From Kofleriaceae bacterium (lineage in GTDB: Bacteria; Myxococcota_A; Polyangia; Haliangiales; Haliangiaceae): a stretch of DNA of 42,374 nucleotides. This document shows positions 11,397-22,511 of this stretch, in pieces; within the stretch, counting starts at the first letter, position 1, and each line of letters begins with the position of its first letter. The stretch lies in the NCBI GenBank assembly GCA_965215005.1, contig CBDCCZ010000053.1:1-42374 (forward strand), in the 5' to 3' direction. The position numbers and the translations under genes were made by a program. Under the pieces are notes generated by a model. The model had not been told where the DNA came from, did no database searches, and saw nothing but the letters and a program-made list of their open reading frames with translations.

Positions 11397-13055
11397 ATGG
11401 CAGCCCGATATCCTATCGTCATGGCTGGGGTGCTGTGCTTGGTCGCAACGGCGTGCGAGGAGACGGCGATCGTCGTCGAGGTCACCCGGGACATCGAGTC
11501 GACGCCCGAAGACATCGACTCGCTGCGGTTCTATCTCGGCGTAGCCGATGATGAAGCCGCGTTGCGCTTCGTCGATGATGCGGATCCGCAACTTGATTCG
11601 GCGCTAGTTGACGGGCGAGCGCTCGAGAATAAGCCCTATCGGCTGCTGTTGCGACCCGGCGATGCGCCGATGGAACGGCCGTTGATGCTCGCGGTGCTCG
11701 CCTATCGCGGCACGGAGGTGGTAGGGCTGGGGTTGCTCGAGGAGCCGGTGCGCTTTCGCCGGGGTCAGGTTCTGCAGTGGCGGATGGTGGTGCGAGGCCA
11801 GCGGCAGGGGCGGCTCGATTTGACCGAGCTGGGGTGTCTGCGCTGGACCAGCGATGAGCAGCGCGTGCTCATCGTGTCGCCGCGCGACCGCGACTGCGAT
11901 CGCGATCCCGCAGGCAGCGATTGCAACGATCTCGATCCGGCGGTCCACCATGAAGCGACGGAGCGGTGCGCCAACTTGGTCGATGATGACTGCGACGCCT
12001 CGATCGATGAGGAAAGTGATCGCGATGGCGACGGCGTGACCAACTGCGGCGGCGACTGCGACGACCGCGATGCCACCGTGGCACCGGGCGCCGAAGAGCT
12101 GTGCGACGGCAAAGACAACGACTGTAGCGGTGTCTGCGACGACGGCATCAATGATGCCGATGGTGATCGCTACACGGTGTGCGCGCGCATGATCCTCGCT
12201 GATGGCTCGTGCACCGACGAAGACGCGCGCTACCTCGACTGCGATGATGCCGACGCCACGGTGAATCCGGCCGCGCAAGAGGTTTGTGACGCTGTCGACA
12301 ACGACTGCAGCGGCACCTGCGACGAGCCGTTCGATGCCGATGGTGACACCTTTACCTCGTGCGGCTCGCACCTCAGCAGCTGCACCGGCGAGCCCAGCGA
12401 GTCCCTCATCGACTGCGCCCCCAGCGACGCCACAATCCATCCCGGCAGCGACGAGCGCTGCAACGGAATCGATGACAACTGCGATGGCGAGCGCTTTGCC
12501 GCGAGCTCGTCTTGCTACGTCATTCGAGGCGAAGAGTGCGTGCTCGGCACCCGGCTCTGCGACGACGCCGACGGCGGTGCGGGCTTCGCTCCCTGCGAGC
12601 CGGCGCAGCCAACGGAATCAGTCGCTGCTGCGCTGTGCGAGGCCTACGCCGCGTGCGAAGCGGAGGGCGCAGCAGATCCGCTCGCTTGCGCCAAACAACG
12701 CGCCGCCGTCGATACCGTGCTCGCGTGCCGACTGTTCTATCGCGGCGATGAGCTCTGCGAGCCGCGCACGGTGCCGCTGCCCGTCATCGGCACCGAAGAC
12801 TGCGTTTGGACTCTACTCGATGCAGCTCACTACACCGTTGGCCTCTTGAGCGAGGATGATCCGGCGGGCGCGAGCGTGAGCTCGTGCATGCCGCTGTTGA
12901 CGGTGCTCGCGGGCCAGCGGCCGTTCGCGCTCGAGCGGGTGCTGATTGCAGGGCAAAGCGGCAGGACGCGTGCCCTGGTGGGCGTGGAGCTCGCCGCCGA
13001 GGAAGTGGCCGCATGTCCCGAAGCAGGGCTCGTCTGCACCTCGCAAGGCAACTGA
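11397..13055 (+). CDS. Cys-rich lipoprotein with four putative metal-binding (MopE-like) repeats
   Basis: VATAC lipobox; repeats such as DCDDRDATVAPGAEELCDGKDNDC and DCDDADATVNPAAQEVCDAVDNDC. Confidence 0.85.
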   Translation: MAARYPIVMAGVLCLVATACEETAIVVEVTRDIESTPEDIDSLRFYLGVADDEAALRFVDDADPQLDSALVDGRALENKPYRLLLRPGDAPMERPLMLAVLAYRGTEVVGLGLLEEPVRFRRGQVLQWRMVVRGQRQGRLDLTELGCLRWTSDEQRVLIVSPRDRDCDRDPAGSDCNDLDPAVHHEATERCANLVDDDCDASIDEESDRDGDGVTNCGGDCDDRDATVAPGAEELCDGKDNDCSGVCDDGINDADGDRYTVCARMILADGSCTDEDARYLDCDDADATVNPAAQEVCDAVDNDCSGTCDEPFDADGDTFTSCGSHLSSCTGEPSESLIDCAPSDATIHPGSDERCNGIDDNCDGERFAASSSCYVIRGEECVLGTRLCDDADGGAGFAPCEPAQPTESVAAALCEAYAACEAEGAADPLACAKQRAAVDTVLACRLFYRGDELCEPRTVPLPVIGTEDCVWTLLDAAHYTVGLLSEDDPAGASVSSCMPLLTVLAGQRPFALERVLIAGQSGRTRALVGVELAAEEVAACPEAGLVCTSQGN

Positions 13056-13082
13056 TGGGCGCGTTCGGCTAAGCTCTTCTCA

Positions 13083-14198
<1,116 letters not shown>

Positions 14199-14278
14199 CT
14201 GCGAGTGATCAGGCGCGCGATGCCGCGCGCGGCCGCTGTCTAGAAAACTGGCCTGACGCATTGCGGCGGCTAGTGCCG

Positions 14279-14302
14279 AAGAAAAACCGGGCGCTTCCGG
14301 TT
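14279..14302 (-). terminator. Candidate intrinsic terminator (minus strand)
   Basis: Minus strand AACCGG-AAGCGC-CCGGTT followed by TTTCTT; short stem. Confidence 0.4.
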
Positions 14303-14403
14303 GGCCGCGCGACCTGCCGCAGTTTATGACCGAGCGGAGTTCACGGCGGACGTCGTGAACCACTCACAGCATTCACTCATTCGGGGAATCTTAGGGGATC
14401 TAT

Positions 14404-14574
14404 ATGCTCGCACCGGTCAAGTCGCGTCCTCCTCGTCCTGCTGCTTCGGTGTTGCCAGCGGCTTCCCGTCGTTGGCCCGCCAGCTGGATTGGCCATCTTC
14501 TCGAGGCGCAGGAAGGCGACGCCGCGGCCGCCCTCGCGGCAATGACGTCGGCTGCGCCCGAGCATTGGGACTAA
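14404..14574 (+). CDS. Possible 56-aa small protein
   Basis: AGGGG SD-like sequence 7 nt before the ATG; MLAPVKSRPPRPAASVLPAASRRWPASWIGHLLEAQEGDAAAALAAMTSAAPEHWD. No recognisable motif. Confidence 0.25.
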   Translation: MLAPVKSRPPRPAASVLPAASRRWPASWIGHLLEAQEGDAAAALAAMTSAAPEHWD

Positions 14575-14684
14575 CGCACGCCGCCGCGGGATTCAAACCA
14601 ACGATGGATGAGGGAGATGCGCAAGTGGCTCCTTCATCGTCCCGCGGCGCTACTGCCGAGAGCACTACACCCCGCGCGTGGCGC

Positions 14685-16780
14685 TTAGCTGCGCAAAACG
14701 AGTAGCGACTCCACCACCAACAGCGCCAGCAGGCCCACCGCTACTGCATGCCATAGCTCGACGCGTTTTTTGTGCGTAGCGTTGAGAGTAGCCGCGGTCG
14801 CCGAGCCCGAAGAAGGTAGATCCGCCGCCGCGATGGGGCGCAAATCCGAGCCGCTCGCATCGATGTTGACGGCGAAGTCGGCTTCGTTGCGGCGGCGTTC
14901 GCGATCGGCTTTATCGGTGGACAACACGCGGTAAAAGCCGGGACGCTGCGTTTCGCTGATGCGTACGGTTTTGCGATCGGCCAGCGCTTCGCCTTCTATG
15001 ACCGTCGCTGTGCCGTCGGGCGCGCGGACCTCGATGCGCGCATCATCGGGCTCGACGTCGAGCACCGCGCTGCGCCCGACCAGCACGTAGCCCTCGTCGC
15101 GGCGACTCTGCTTGCGCGCCAAGTGCCGCACGCTCTGTTGCACGAGCGGCAAGAAGCCGGGATGAATGGCCAGATCGTTCCAGTCGCGATCAATCGTGGA
15201 GGTGAGCAGGAGCAGCCGGCCGCGGCCTTTGCGGGCTTCGACCAACGCAGCGGCGCCGTTGGTGTAGCGCGCCAGCACCTGCCTTTCGGCGACGTCGGTG
15301 GTGGGGCCGAGCAGCATGATTTTGTCGAAGCTGGCCTCGCGCACGCCAGGGGCGTCTTTGGCGAAGATCGTGAAGATGGGATGATTGCTATCCCACTTGC
15401 TGAGACGCAGCGCGCGACCTTGGCGCTCACCGCCGCTGGCGCCGTAGCCGACGTCGAGAAGCGTGCGCAGGGTCTGTGGCAACAGCGGCGCCATCGTTGC
15501 GTTGTAGGTATCCGCGTCGATCTGATCGCCCACGGTGATGAACAAGCCGCCGCCAGCATCGACCCACTTCGCCAGCCGCGCCACCCTCGCCTCCGACAAC
15601 GCCCGCACGTTGGCCAACACGATGGTGTCGAAACGCGTTGGATCGAGCTCATCGAGCTCATCGACGGTGGCCGTGGTGATGACGGTGCCGCTGTCGGCGC
15701 GGTCCCCTGGTCGCAGCGCCGCTTCGATGTAGAACAGCTCATCGTCATGGCGCACGGTGCGCGGATCGCCGTTTACTAGCAGCACCGACACTTCGTCCCG
15801 CAGTCGAGTGCGCACGTAGCGGCGATTGTCGATGCTGAGCGGATCCTTGTCGTTAGGCAGGCTCACAACGATATCGGCGCTGCGGACGCCGGTTGGCAGC
15901 GTGGCGGTAAACTGCTTGCGGAGGTGCTCCCCCGGCCGCAGTGTCACCAATCCGCGAGCGAGAACCTCGCCATCGATTTGCAAGCTCAGCTCGCGGTCGT
16001 CGACCGCACTGGAGCCGTAGTTTGCGACCTCGGCGGTTACTTGCACACCGCGGGCGCCCGAAGAGCTATCCGGCGTCACCGTGAGATCGACGATGGCGAC
16101 GTTGTCGAGAACGGCCTCGTCGCGGACGTCGACGATGCTCAGCGCCGGACCCTCGCCCGGCTCCCAAGGCGGCTCGGCAGCAAAACTACTGCGCGCCAGC
16201 GGCGAAATCAGGTAAACCACCTTGCGCTGGTGGTTGGACGCATCGAGAAGCTGCGCCGCACGCCGCAGCGCAACGGTTAAGTCGGTGGGGCGCGCGCTGG
16301 ATTCGATACCAGCGATTCGATCGCGCAAGCGGATGTGATCGCGCGACAGCTCGGCCGGCGACTCGCTGCCGGCGGCCGCTAGCATCACCGCAGCGTCTGC
16401 CTCGGGACCGAGTTGGCGGAGGATATCGAGGCCGCGCTGCTTGGCGCGCGACAGCAGGGTTTCTTCGCCGAGCTCGTAGCGGCTGCCAAAGCCGTTGTCG
16501 ATGATGAGCACCGCCGCTTGCGGACCTCGGCTTACCGACGGGCCTGATGCGGTGCATTGCGTAAACGGCTTGGCCAGAGCAAGCGGTATCGCTAGACACA
16601 CCAGCGCGCGAATGATCAGCAGCAAGAGCTCTCGGACCTGGAGCCGGCGCGCGGTCTTCTTATTGGAGCCAAGGAGGAAGTGCAGCGCGGCGAACGGCAC
16701 GACTTTGGCGCGGCGGCGACCGGTCAAGTGCAGCGCTACCGGGATGCCAATCCCGATGAGGCCCGCCAACATCAGTGGCG

Positions 16781-16793
<13 letters not shown>
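14685..16793 (-). CDS. BatA (aerotolerance N-terminal) + vWA + Ig-like + GATase-like membrane protein
   Basis: MEFVTPLMLAGLIGIGIPVALHL..LLLIIRAL..ALAKP BatA N-terminus; vWA-like core; VLLVNGD..GGGLFI GATase-like region; C-terminal TM ELWH..LVVESLL. Confidence 0.85.
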
Positions 16794-17701
<908 letters not shown>

Positions 17702-17709
17702 GAACGCTG

Positions 17710-18783
17710 CTACGGCCTCACGACCTCGAGCAGGCGATCGACCAAGCTGGCCGCGCCGCGAATGTCGTCGGAGGCTTCGGCGCGATAGTTGAGGATCATG
17801 CGGTGCTGCAAGATCGGCCGCGCGAGGGCGGCGATATCTTCGGTGCCCGCCGCGAAGCGTCCCTGCAAGATCGCCCGCGCCTTGGCAGCAAGCACCAAAT
17901 ACTGCGAAGCGCGCGGCCCCGCGCCCCACGACACATACTCGCGGACGAACGCAGGCGCCTGCGGCGCATCGGGCCGTGTCGCGCGCACCAGCGCCACCGC
18001 GTACTTGACGACGTGATCGGCCACCGGCACCCGCAGCACCAACTCTTGCAGCTGCAAAATCCGCTCGGGCGACAGCACCTGCGTCATCTCGGGGCGGTAA
18101 TCCGACGTCTGTTGGCGGACGATTTCTTCTTCTTCCTCCGCACTGGGATAGCCCACGTCGACCTGAAACATGAACCGGTCGAGCTGTGCTTCCGGCAGCG
18201 GATACGTGCCTTCTTGCTCAATCGGATTTTGCGTCGCGAACACCAGAAACGGGCGGTCGAGCGCGAACGTTTGGCCGCCGGCGGTGACCTTGTACTCCTG
18301 CATCGACTGCAACAACGCCGCCTGCGTCTTGGGCGGCGTCCGATTGATCTCGTCCGCAAGCACCAAGTTCGCGAAGATCGGCCCTTTGACGAACTTAAAC
18401 ACCCGGCGACCGGTGGTGTGATCTTCCTCCAGCACCTCGGTGCCGGTGATGTCCGAAGGCATGAGGTCTGGTGTGAACTGGATGCGGTTGAACGCCAGCT
18501 TCAGCGTCTCCGCCAGCGTCGAGATGAGCAGCGTCTTGGCCAGCCCCGGGACCCCGACGAACAGACAATGCCCGCGCGCAAACAGCGCCGTTAGTAAGTG
18601 ATCGACCACGTCCGCTTGCCCGACGATCCGCTTGCGAATCTGCGTGATGATCTCGTCGCGGGCATGCTTGATCTCGCGCACCGCTGCCAGATCGCTTTCC
18701 CACTGCGCCCCCGGTTCGGCCACCAGAGTCTGCGCTTCCTCGTCCAGCTCAGGCGCCAGAGCCGGTTTCACTGTCGAGTCCAT
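17710..18783 (-). CDS. moxR: MoxR-family AAA+ ATPase
   Basis: [68 protein letters not shown]. Confidence 0.96.
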   Translation of the reverse strand: MDSTVKPALAPELDEEAQTLVAEPGAQWESDLAAVREIKHARDEIITQIRKRIVGQADVVDHLLTALFARGHCLFVGVPGLAKTLLISTLAETLKLAFNRIQFTPDLMPSDITGTEVLEEDHTTGRRVFKFVKGPIFANLVLADEINRTPPKTQAALLQSMQEYKVTAGGQTFALDRPFLVFATQNPIEQEGTYPLPEAQLDRFMFQVDVGYPSAEEEEEIVRQQTSDYRPEMTQVLSPERILQLQELVLRVPVADHVVKYAVALVRATRPDAPQAPAFVREYVSWGAGPRASQYLVLAAKARAILQGRFAAGTEDIAALARPILQHRMILNYRAEASDDIRGAASLVDRLLEVVRP

Positions 18784-18906
18784 CGGTGCATCACCCTAAC
18801 GCATAACCGAGCACCCGGCGAGGCACCGAGCACCGCGGGAAATTCAGGCCACCTCCTAGCTCAGCGGCCTACAGCTGCCCACCGCAAGCCGCCCCCGCCC
18901 GTGCCA

Positions 18907-19053
18907 TTATCCCTTGCTACGTCGCTCGAGCACCACGAGCTGGACGTCGAGCCAGCCGGGTCGGTGTTCAATAGAGCGGGCGTGGAATTCGTGGGAAAGG
19001 CGGAGATTGGTCGTTCCGCGCGAGATGTACACGATGCGCCGCACGCCAGACAT
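18907..19053 (-). pseudogene. Orphan 3' end of a homolog of the 20859-22511 glycosyltransferase-like gene
   Basis: SGVRRIVYISRGTTNLRLSHEFHARSIEHRPGWLDVQLVVLER is 32/43 identical to the C-terminus of the intact gene; it has its own TAA at 18907. Confidence 0.85.
18922..19050 (-). repeat. Diverged direct repeat, copy 1 (copy 2 at 20877-21005)
   Basis: Manual gap-free alignment: 129 nt, 24 mismatches (81% identity). Confidence 0.92.
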
Positions 19054-19151
19054 CGTTGACGAACGAGTCACATCGTTCGCGAAATCATGGTCATCAAACG
19101 GTTGTGTAAGAGGGGTCCCTTCGCCGGCCGCACCGCGCGGCAATCCGCATG

Positions 19152-19244
19152 TAGACGCTGTGCTGCAGGGATCGCCGCGCAATCGGATTAGACTCAAGTA
19201 GCTCTAGTTGAGTCTACGATCTGGCTGCTGTGTCGGAGCGTCTA
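19152..19244. repeat. Nested imperfect inverted repeat (long hairpin)
   Basis: TAGACGCT/AGCGTCTA outer arms, GCAG/CTGC, GATCG/CGATC, TAGACTCAA/TTGAGTCTA inner arms. Confidence 0.7.
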
Positions 19245-19270
19245 TTTTATTACGGGGTATCGGGGTATCG

Positions 19271-20494
19271 CTAAAGCTCGCAACGCCAACCGTTGAGCGT
19301 TTGATCATAGAGAACAGCTTTGGCGTTCGGCGCCTTGTACTGCTGACGACACGCTGTGCGAACCTCCACACCGTACAACCTCCCATTCACTTCGCACCGC
19401 CAGCCACTGTAGTCGTCGTTTACAGTAGTTGCGCGTGCACTGGAGCCATAGGCAGTCTTGCAGTAGGTTAGGATGCTGACTCCAAGGGCGCAGTACCAAT
19501 CGGTTGCTCTACCACTCGGTTCGAGTCTAGAGATAGCATTCGGTCCGTAGTGATTTTTGCAGGCGGTTGACATCGAGAACGATTTATCTCCAATGTCTGT
19601 TTCGCATCGCCAATCGTAAGCTCCATTCCCGACAGTATGTGCGCTGGCGCCCATGCCCCATTCATCACGGCAGTTCCACGCGAGGTCAAGACCGTAACCT
19701 TGACCCAGTCGCTTCCCGGCGTTTCGTCGCACAACAGGACGTTGCGGATTGGCGAGAGCGCGAAGCGTGCGGGACCTATCTACCAACTCACTCATGCGCA
19801 CGGCAAGGTTGTATCCATCATTGGAGTTACAATAGCCTTGGATGTGCACACCGATAATCTCTCCACGAGAGTTTAGAACGGCAGAACCCGAGGAGCCGCC
19901 CTCGGTGTCCAAATCCGCGTACCTCATCGTAATACCATTAATGTCATCGATTCGACCTGCTTCAATCATCTTCGGATCGCCGCTAGGATGCTGAATGATA
20001 GAAATGGGCATCCCTTCTTGCTCAGTGCCGTCCCGAACATCCGTCCAGCCGTAGTCGTCGCCAGGATTGCCATCTAGTCGAAGTATCGCGTAATCCAACT
20101 GCCCGGAATGGGTCCTCTCGACGACCTCGTTTACCGTGTATTGGACGGAAGTCATCATGGAACCATCAACGGCAGTTTCATAGTCGAATACGACGAAGTC
20201 ATTTGCCGTAGTGTTGTCGACGCAATGGCCTGCGGTTAGAAACAGATCCCTTGAGATCAGCGTTCCAGAGCAGTATGCGCGGAAAGGTGTTTGGCGGCGG
20301 TCCGCAAGAGCTCCCACCGCATACTTGTGTTTCTGGACGAACTGGCGAGAGACTCCCAGTGTCCCGTCGTAAGAATTGACCCTCTGCAGATCGTCCACAC
20401 CGCAGATGGACTCCTCCTCATCTAGGATAGGTCCTGCGCTTGCGACTGATGGAAAGGCGATGGCTAAGAGAATGACGTGAGTTCTAAGCGACAA
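19271..20494 (-). CDS. Secreted trypsin-like (S1, V8-like) serine protease with four C-terminal Cys-pair repeats
   Basis: Triad motifs TAGHC, LDYAIL, DTEGGSSGS; IIGVH. AGGAG SD 7 nt before TTG 20494 gives signal peptide MSLRTHVILLAIAFPSVASA (ORF-track start is 20581). GC about 45-55%. Confidence 0.9.
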   Translation of the reverse strand: MSLRTHVILLAIAFPSVASAGPILDEEESICGVDDLQRVNSYDGTLGVSRQFVQKHKYAVGALADRRQTPFRAYCSGTLISRDLFLTAGHCVDNTTANDFVVFDYETAVDGSMMTSVQYTVNEVVERTHSGQLDYAILRLDGNPGDDYGWTDVRDGTEQEGMPISIIQHPSGDPKMIEAGRIDDINGITMRYADLDTEGGSSGSAVLNSRGEIIGVHIQGYCNSNDGYNLAVRMSELVDRSRTLRALANPQRPVVRRNAGKRLGQGYGLDLAWNCRDEWGMGASAHTVGNGAYDWRCETDIGDKSFSMSTACKNHYGPNAISRLEPSGRATDWYCALGVSILTYCKTAYGSSARATTVNDDYSGWRCEVNGRLYGVEVRTACRQQYKAPNAKAVLYDQTLNGWRCEL

Positions 20495-20747
20495 GATGGA
20501 TCTCCTGTGGGTATGAACAGGCCGATCTGATATCAGGTCGCCGCGCGTGCCGCAATGGTGGTCGCATTCTTTTCTAGACACATTTCAGTGCGAAGAAGAA
20601 TTTTCCGGATACTGCCAACTCTTGCCACCGGGGACTGATCAATCTGCAGGTGGCTGTTGGAGAAGACGCCTTCGAGCAGCGTTCAGCGCTACGATCAGGT
20701 TCCCGCGTAGCAGCGCCTGAGGTATGGAGCTTCTTAGCGACCGTCGA

Positions 20748-20834
20748 CAACCTCCACGTCCCATACGACAACGCCGATGCCTTGTGCCCAGCCTCAGCCG
20801 CGAACGCCTTCTCCGTTAACCCCCGCGCTCTCCA
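20748..20834 (-). mobile_element. Degraded IS66-family tnpA-like HTH fragment
   Basis: Translates to WRARGLTEKAFAAEAGHKASALSYGTWRL, resembling the TnpA N-terminal pattern WxxSGLTxxxFAxxxGxxxxTLxxWxxRL. No start codon, tnpB/tnpC or terminal repeats found. Confidence 0.5.
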
Positions 20835-20858
20835 CGGAAGCGAGTCAGCAAACTTCCA

Positions 20859-22511
20859 TCACTTCGAGTAATCCGTGCGCTCGAGGAGGACGAGCTGGAC
20901 GTCGAGCCAGCCGGGCCGGTGTTCGATAGAGCGGGCGCGGAATTTGTCTGTAAGTTGGACATCGGTGGTTCCGCGCGATATATATATGATTCGCTGTACG
21001 CCAGTTTCTGCGAGTCGGCGCAGCAGCGGTGCGGGATCGCCGCGGGTTTCGTAGAAGCGGTGGCCATCGAGCAGGGTCAACGCCAGTACTTGCGATTCCC
21101 ACCAGCGCCTCGTGACTATGACCTGAGCATCGAGACCGTTGATCGCGGCGGTAACGGCACTTGCCTGCGCCGCAATCTTTTCTGCCTGGGGCTGGGCCCG
21201 AACGTGCACAGCGACGCTGAGCGGAAACGTGATTAGCAACGGCAAGAGTGCTAGCAGCTGGCGCATCCGGTTTTTCTGGGCGGCGCACCACTCCCAAGTG
21301 TTTAGAAAGGCAGCTAACGCGAGCAGCACCATCGACGGCATCAGGAGTCGCGCTCCGTACTGAAGACCGCCACCTGTACCGCTACTGTCGAATGCGATCG
21401 TTTGGATTCCGAGGGAGATCGCTACCATCCAGATGACGCCAGAGCGAGAGCTGTAGGGACCAGCGAGTACTCCTACGATCAAGAATGGGCTAGCGCTGAA
21501 GAGTCCAGCGAGGGTTCTTCCACTATGGTCGTCGAAAGCGCGCCACGCGACGTAAGTGACCCAGAGGGTGAAGGCGAGCCGAACGACCAGTCCGAGCAGG
21601 CGTCGACGAAGGGCTGGCAGCGCTAAAGCTGCTATTGCTGCGCTCATGAGAGGTGCGAGTGCTTGGATCGGCCGCCCTAGATATGTGTCTCCAAACAGCA
21701 TCAACTTAGCGTTCGCCCACGAGGAGCTGTTGTGCTGATTTCTGTCAACGAGGGGATCCCATGTTTCTGAAAGCGCCAAATTGAGCGACCAGTAAGTGAG
21801 AATCACGGCTGAAGCCGCTCCAGTGAACAGAAGGCAGCGCGATAGCAGATGTTTCCGATTTTCACTTGAAACAATCAAGGCGAGAGCAAGGCTTACGAGT
21901 CCACAATAAGCTTCGGGGCGAATGGTAGCGGCAAAGCCGGCTAAAATGCCTGCGAGGACCGTCTCGCCGTGCCTGCTGCTTTTCGTGCTCAGTGCGAACG
22001 CGCAAACGATGAGTCCAGTCGCCAGCGGGTGTTCTGTGAACTGAACGCCATAAAACGCCACCGGAGATGCTGCGACCGTGCACGCGGCCGCAATCCCCGC
22101 CAAATACCAAGGACCATCTAGCCGTCTGATCAGAGTGTAGCTTCCAACGAGTATCAAGAAGATGCCCAGTATGGGTAGAACGAGGCGCCCGTGGCTCCCA
22201 AACGCGCCGATGAAGGGAGCCGCTGCGCCTGTGAAGAAAACGGAGTAGATGCCTTGCAGTTCGCCGTCGACCGGTCGCAAAAACGGTCCGTATGGCGTGA
22301 AGCTGTGATGCGGGTCGAGCTCGTTGTCGTATGGAAGCGAGCGCTCACTGAAGCCCGACTCCCATAGGGCAACCGACTGCGCGAACTTGACGCCAGAGTC
22401 ACCCGAGAAGAAGCCTGGGTCGTGGCTGACGCCGATCCACACGATCAGCAGGAGGGACCCTGTCAACAACAGAGGTGTCCTAAGAGCAGGAGATGCTAGA
22501 ACGTGCCGCAC
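20859..22511 (-). CDS. Polytopic membrane protein, probable GT-C-fold glycosyltransferase (ArnT/PMT-like)
   Basis: About 12-13 TM segments, acidic loop FSGDSGVK after TM1, EHPL, IRPEA, GLQYGARLL; lower-GC core. Confidence 0.7.
   Translation of the reverse strand: MRHVLASPALRTPLLLTGSLLLIVWIGVSHDPGFFSGDSGVKFAQSVALWESGFSERSLPYDNELDPHHSFTPYGPFLRPVDGELQGIYSVFFTGAAAPFIGAFGSHGRLVLPILGIFLILVGSYTLIRRLDGPWYLAGIAAACTVAASPVAFYGVQFTEHPLATGLIVCAFALSTKSSRHGETVLAGILAGFAATIRPEAYCGLVSLALALIVSSENRKHLLSRCLLFTGAASAVILTYWSLNLALSETWDPLVDRNQHNSSSWANAKLMLFGDTYLGRPIQALAPLMSAAIAALALPALRRRLLGLVVRLAFTLWVTYVAWRAFDDHSGRTLAGLFSASPFLIVGVLAGPYSSRSGVIWMVAISLGIQTIAFDSSGTGGGLQYGARLLMPSMVLLALAAFLNTWEWCAAQKNRMRQLLALLPLLITFPLSVAVHVRAQPQAEKIAAQASAVTAAINGLDAQVIVTRRWWESQVLALTLLDGHRFYETRGDPAPLLRRLAETGVQRIIYISRGTTDVQLTDKFRARSIEHRPGWLDVQLVLLERTDYSK
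20877..21005 (-). repeat. Diverged direct repeat, copy 2 (inside the 3' end of the GT-like gene)
   Basis: Aligns to 18922-19050 at 81% identity without gaps. Confidence 0.92.

Noticed and set aside
11860..12490. CRISPR-like or tandem DNA repeats
   Set aside because: These are degenerate protein-coding MopE-type repeats. No CRISPR array, tRNA or rRNA was recognised anywhere in the window.
19168..19179. 12-bp match GGGATCGCCGCG to 21033-21044 (in-frame RGDP), suggesting a longer remnant with a 90-nt insertion
   Set aside because: Short and GC-rich, and it overlaps the hairpin arm; cannot be distinguished from chance.
19152..19244. Integron attC site
   Set aside because: Lacks the RYYYAAC/GTTRRRY ends; no integrase or cassette array.
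20611..20628. sigma54 promoter upstream of the protease (TGGCAAGAGTTGGCA, minus strand)
   Set aside because: GG-to-GC spacing is 9 nt rather than the required 10.
18922..21005. Diversity-generating retroelement TR/VR pair (129-bp repeat at a gene 3' end)
   Set aside because: Only 12 of 24 mismatches are at adenines of one copy, the A-richer copy is the one inside the gene, many changes are synonymous, and there is no reverse transcriptase in the window.
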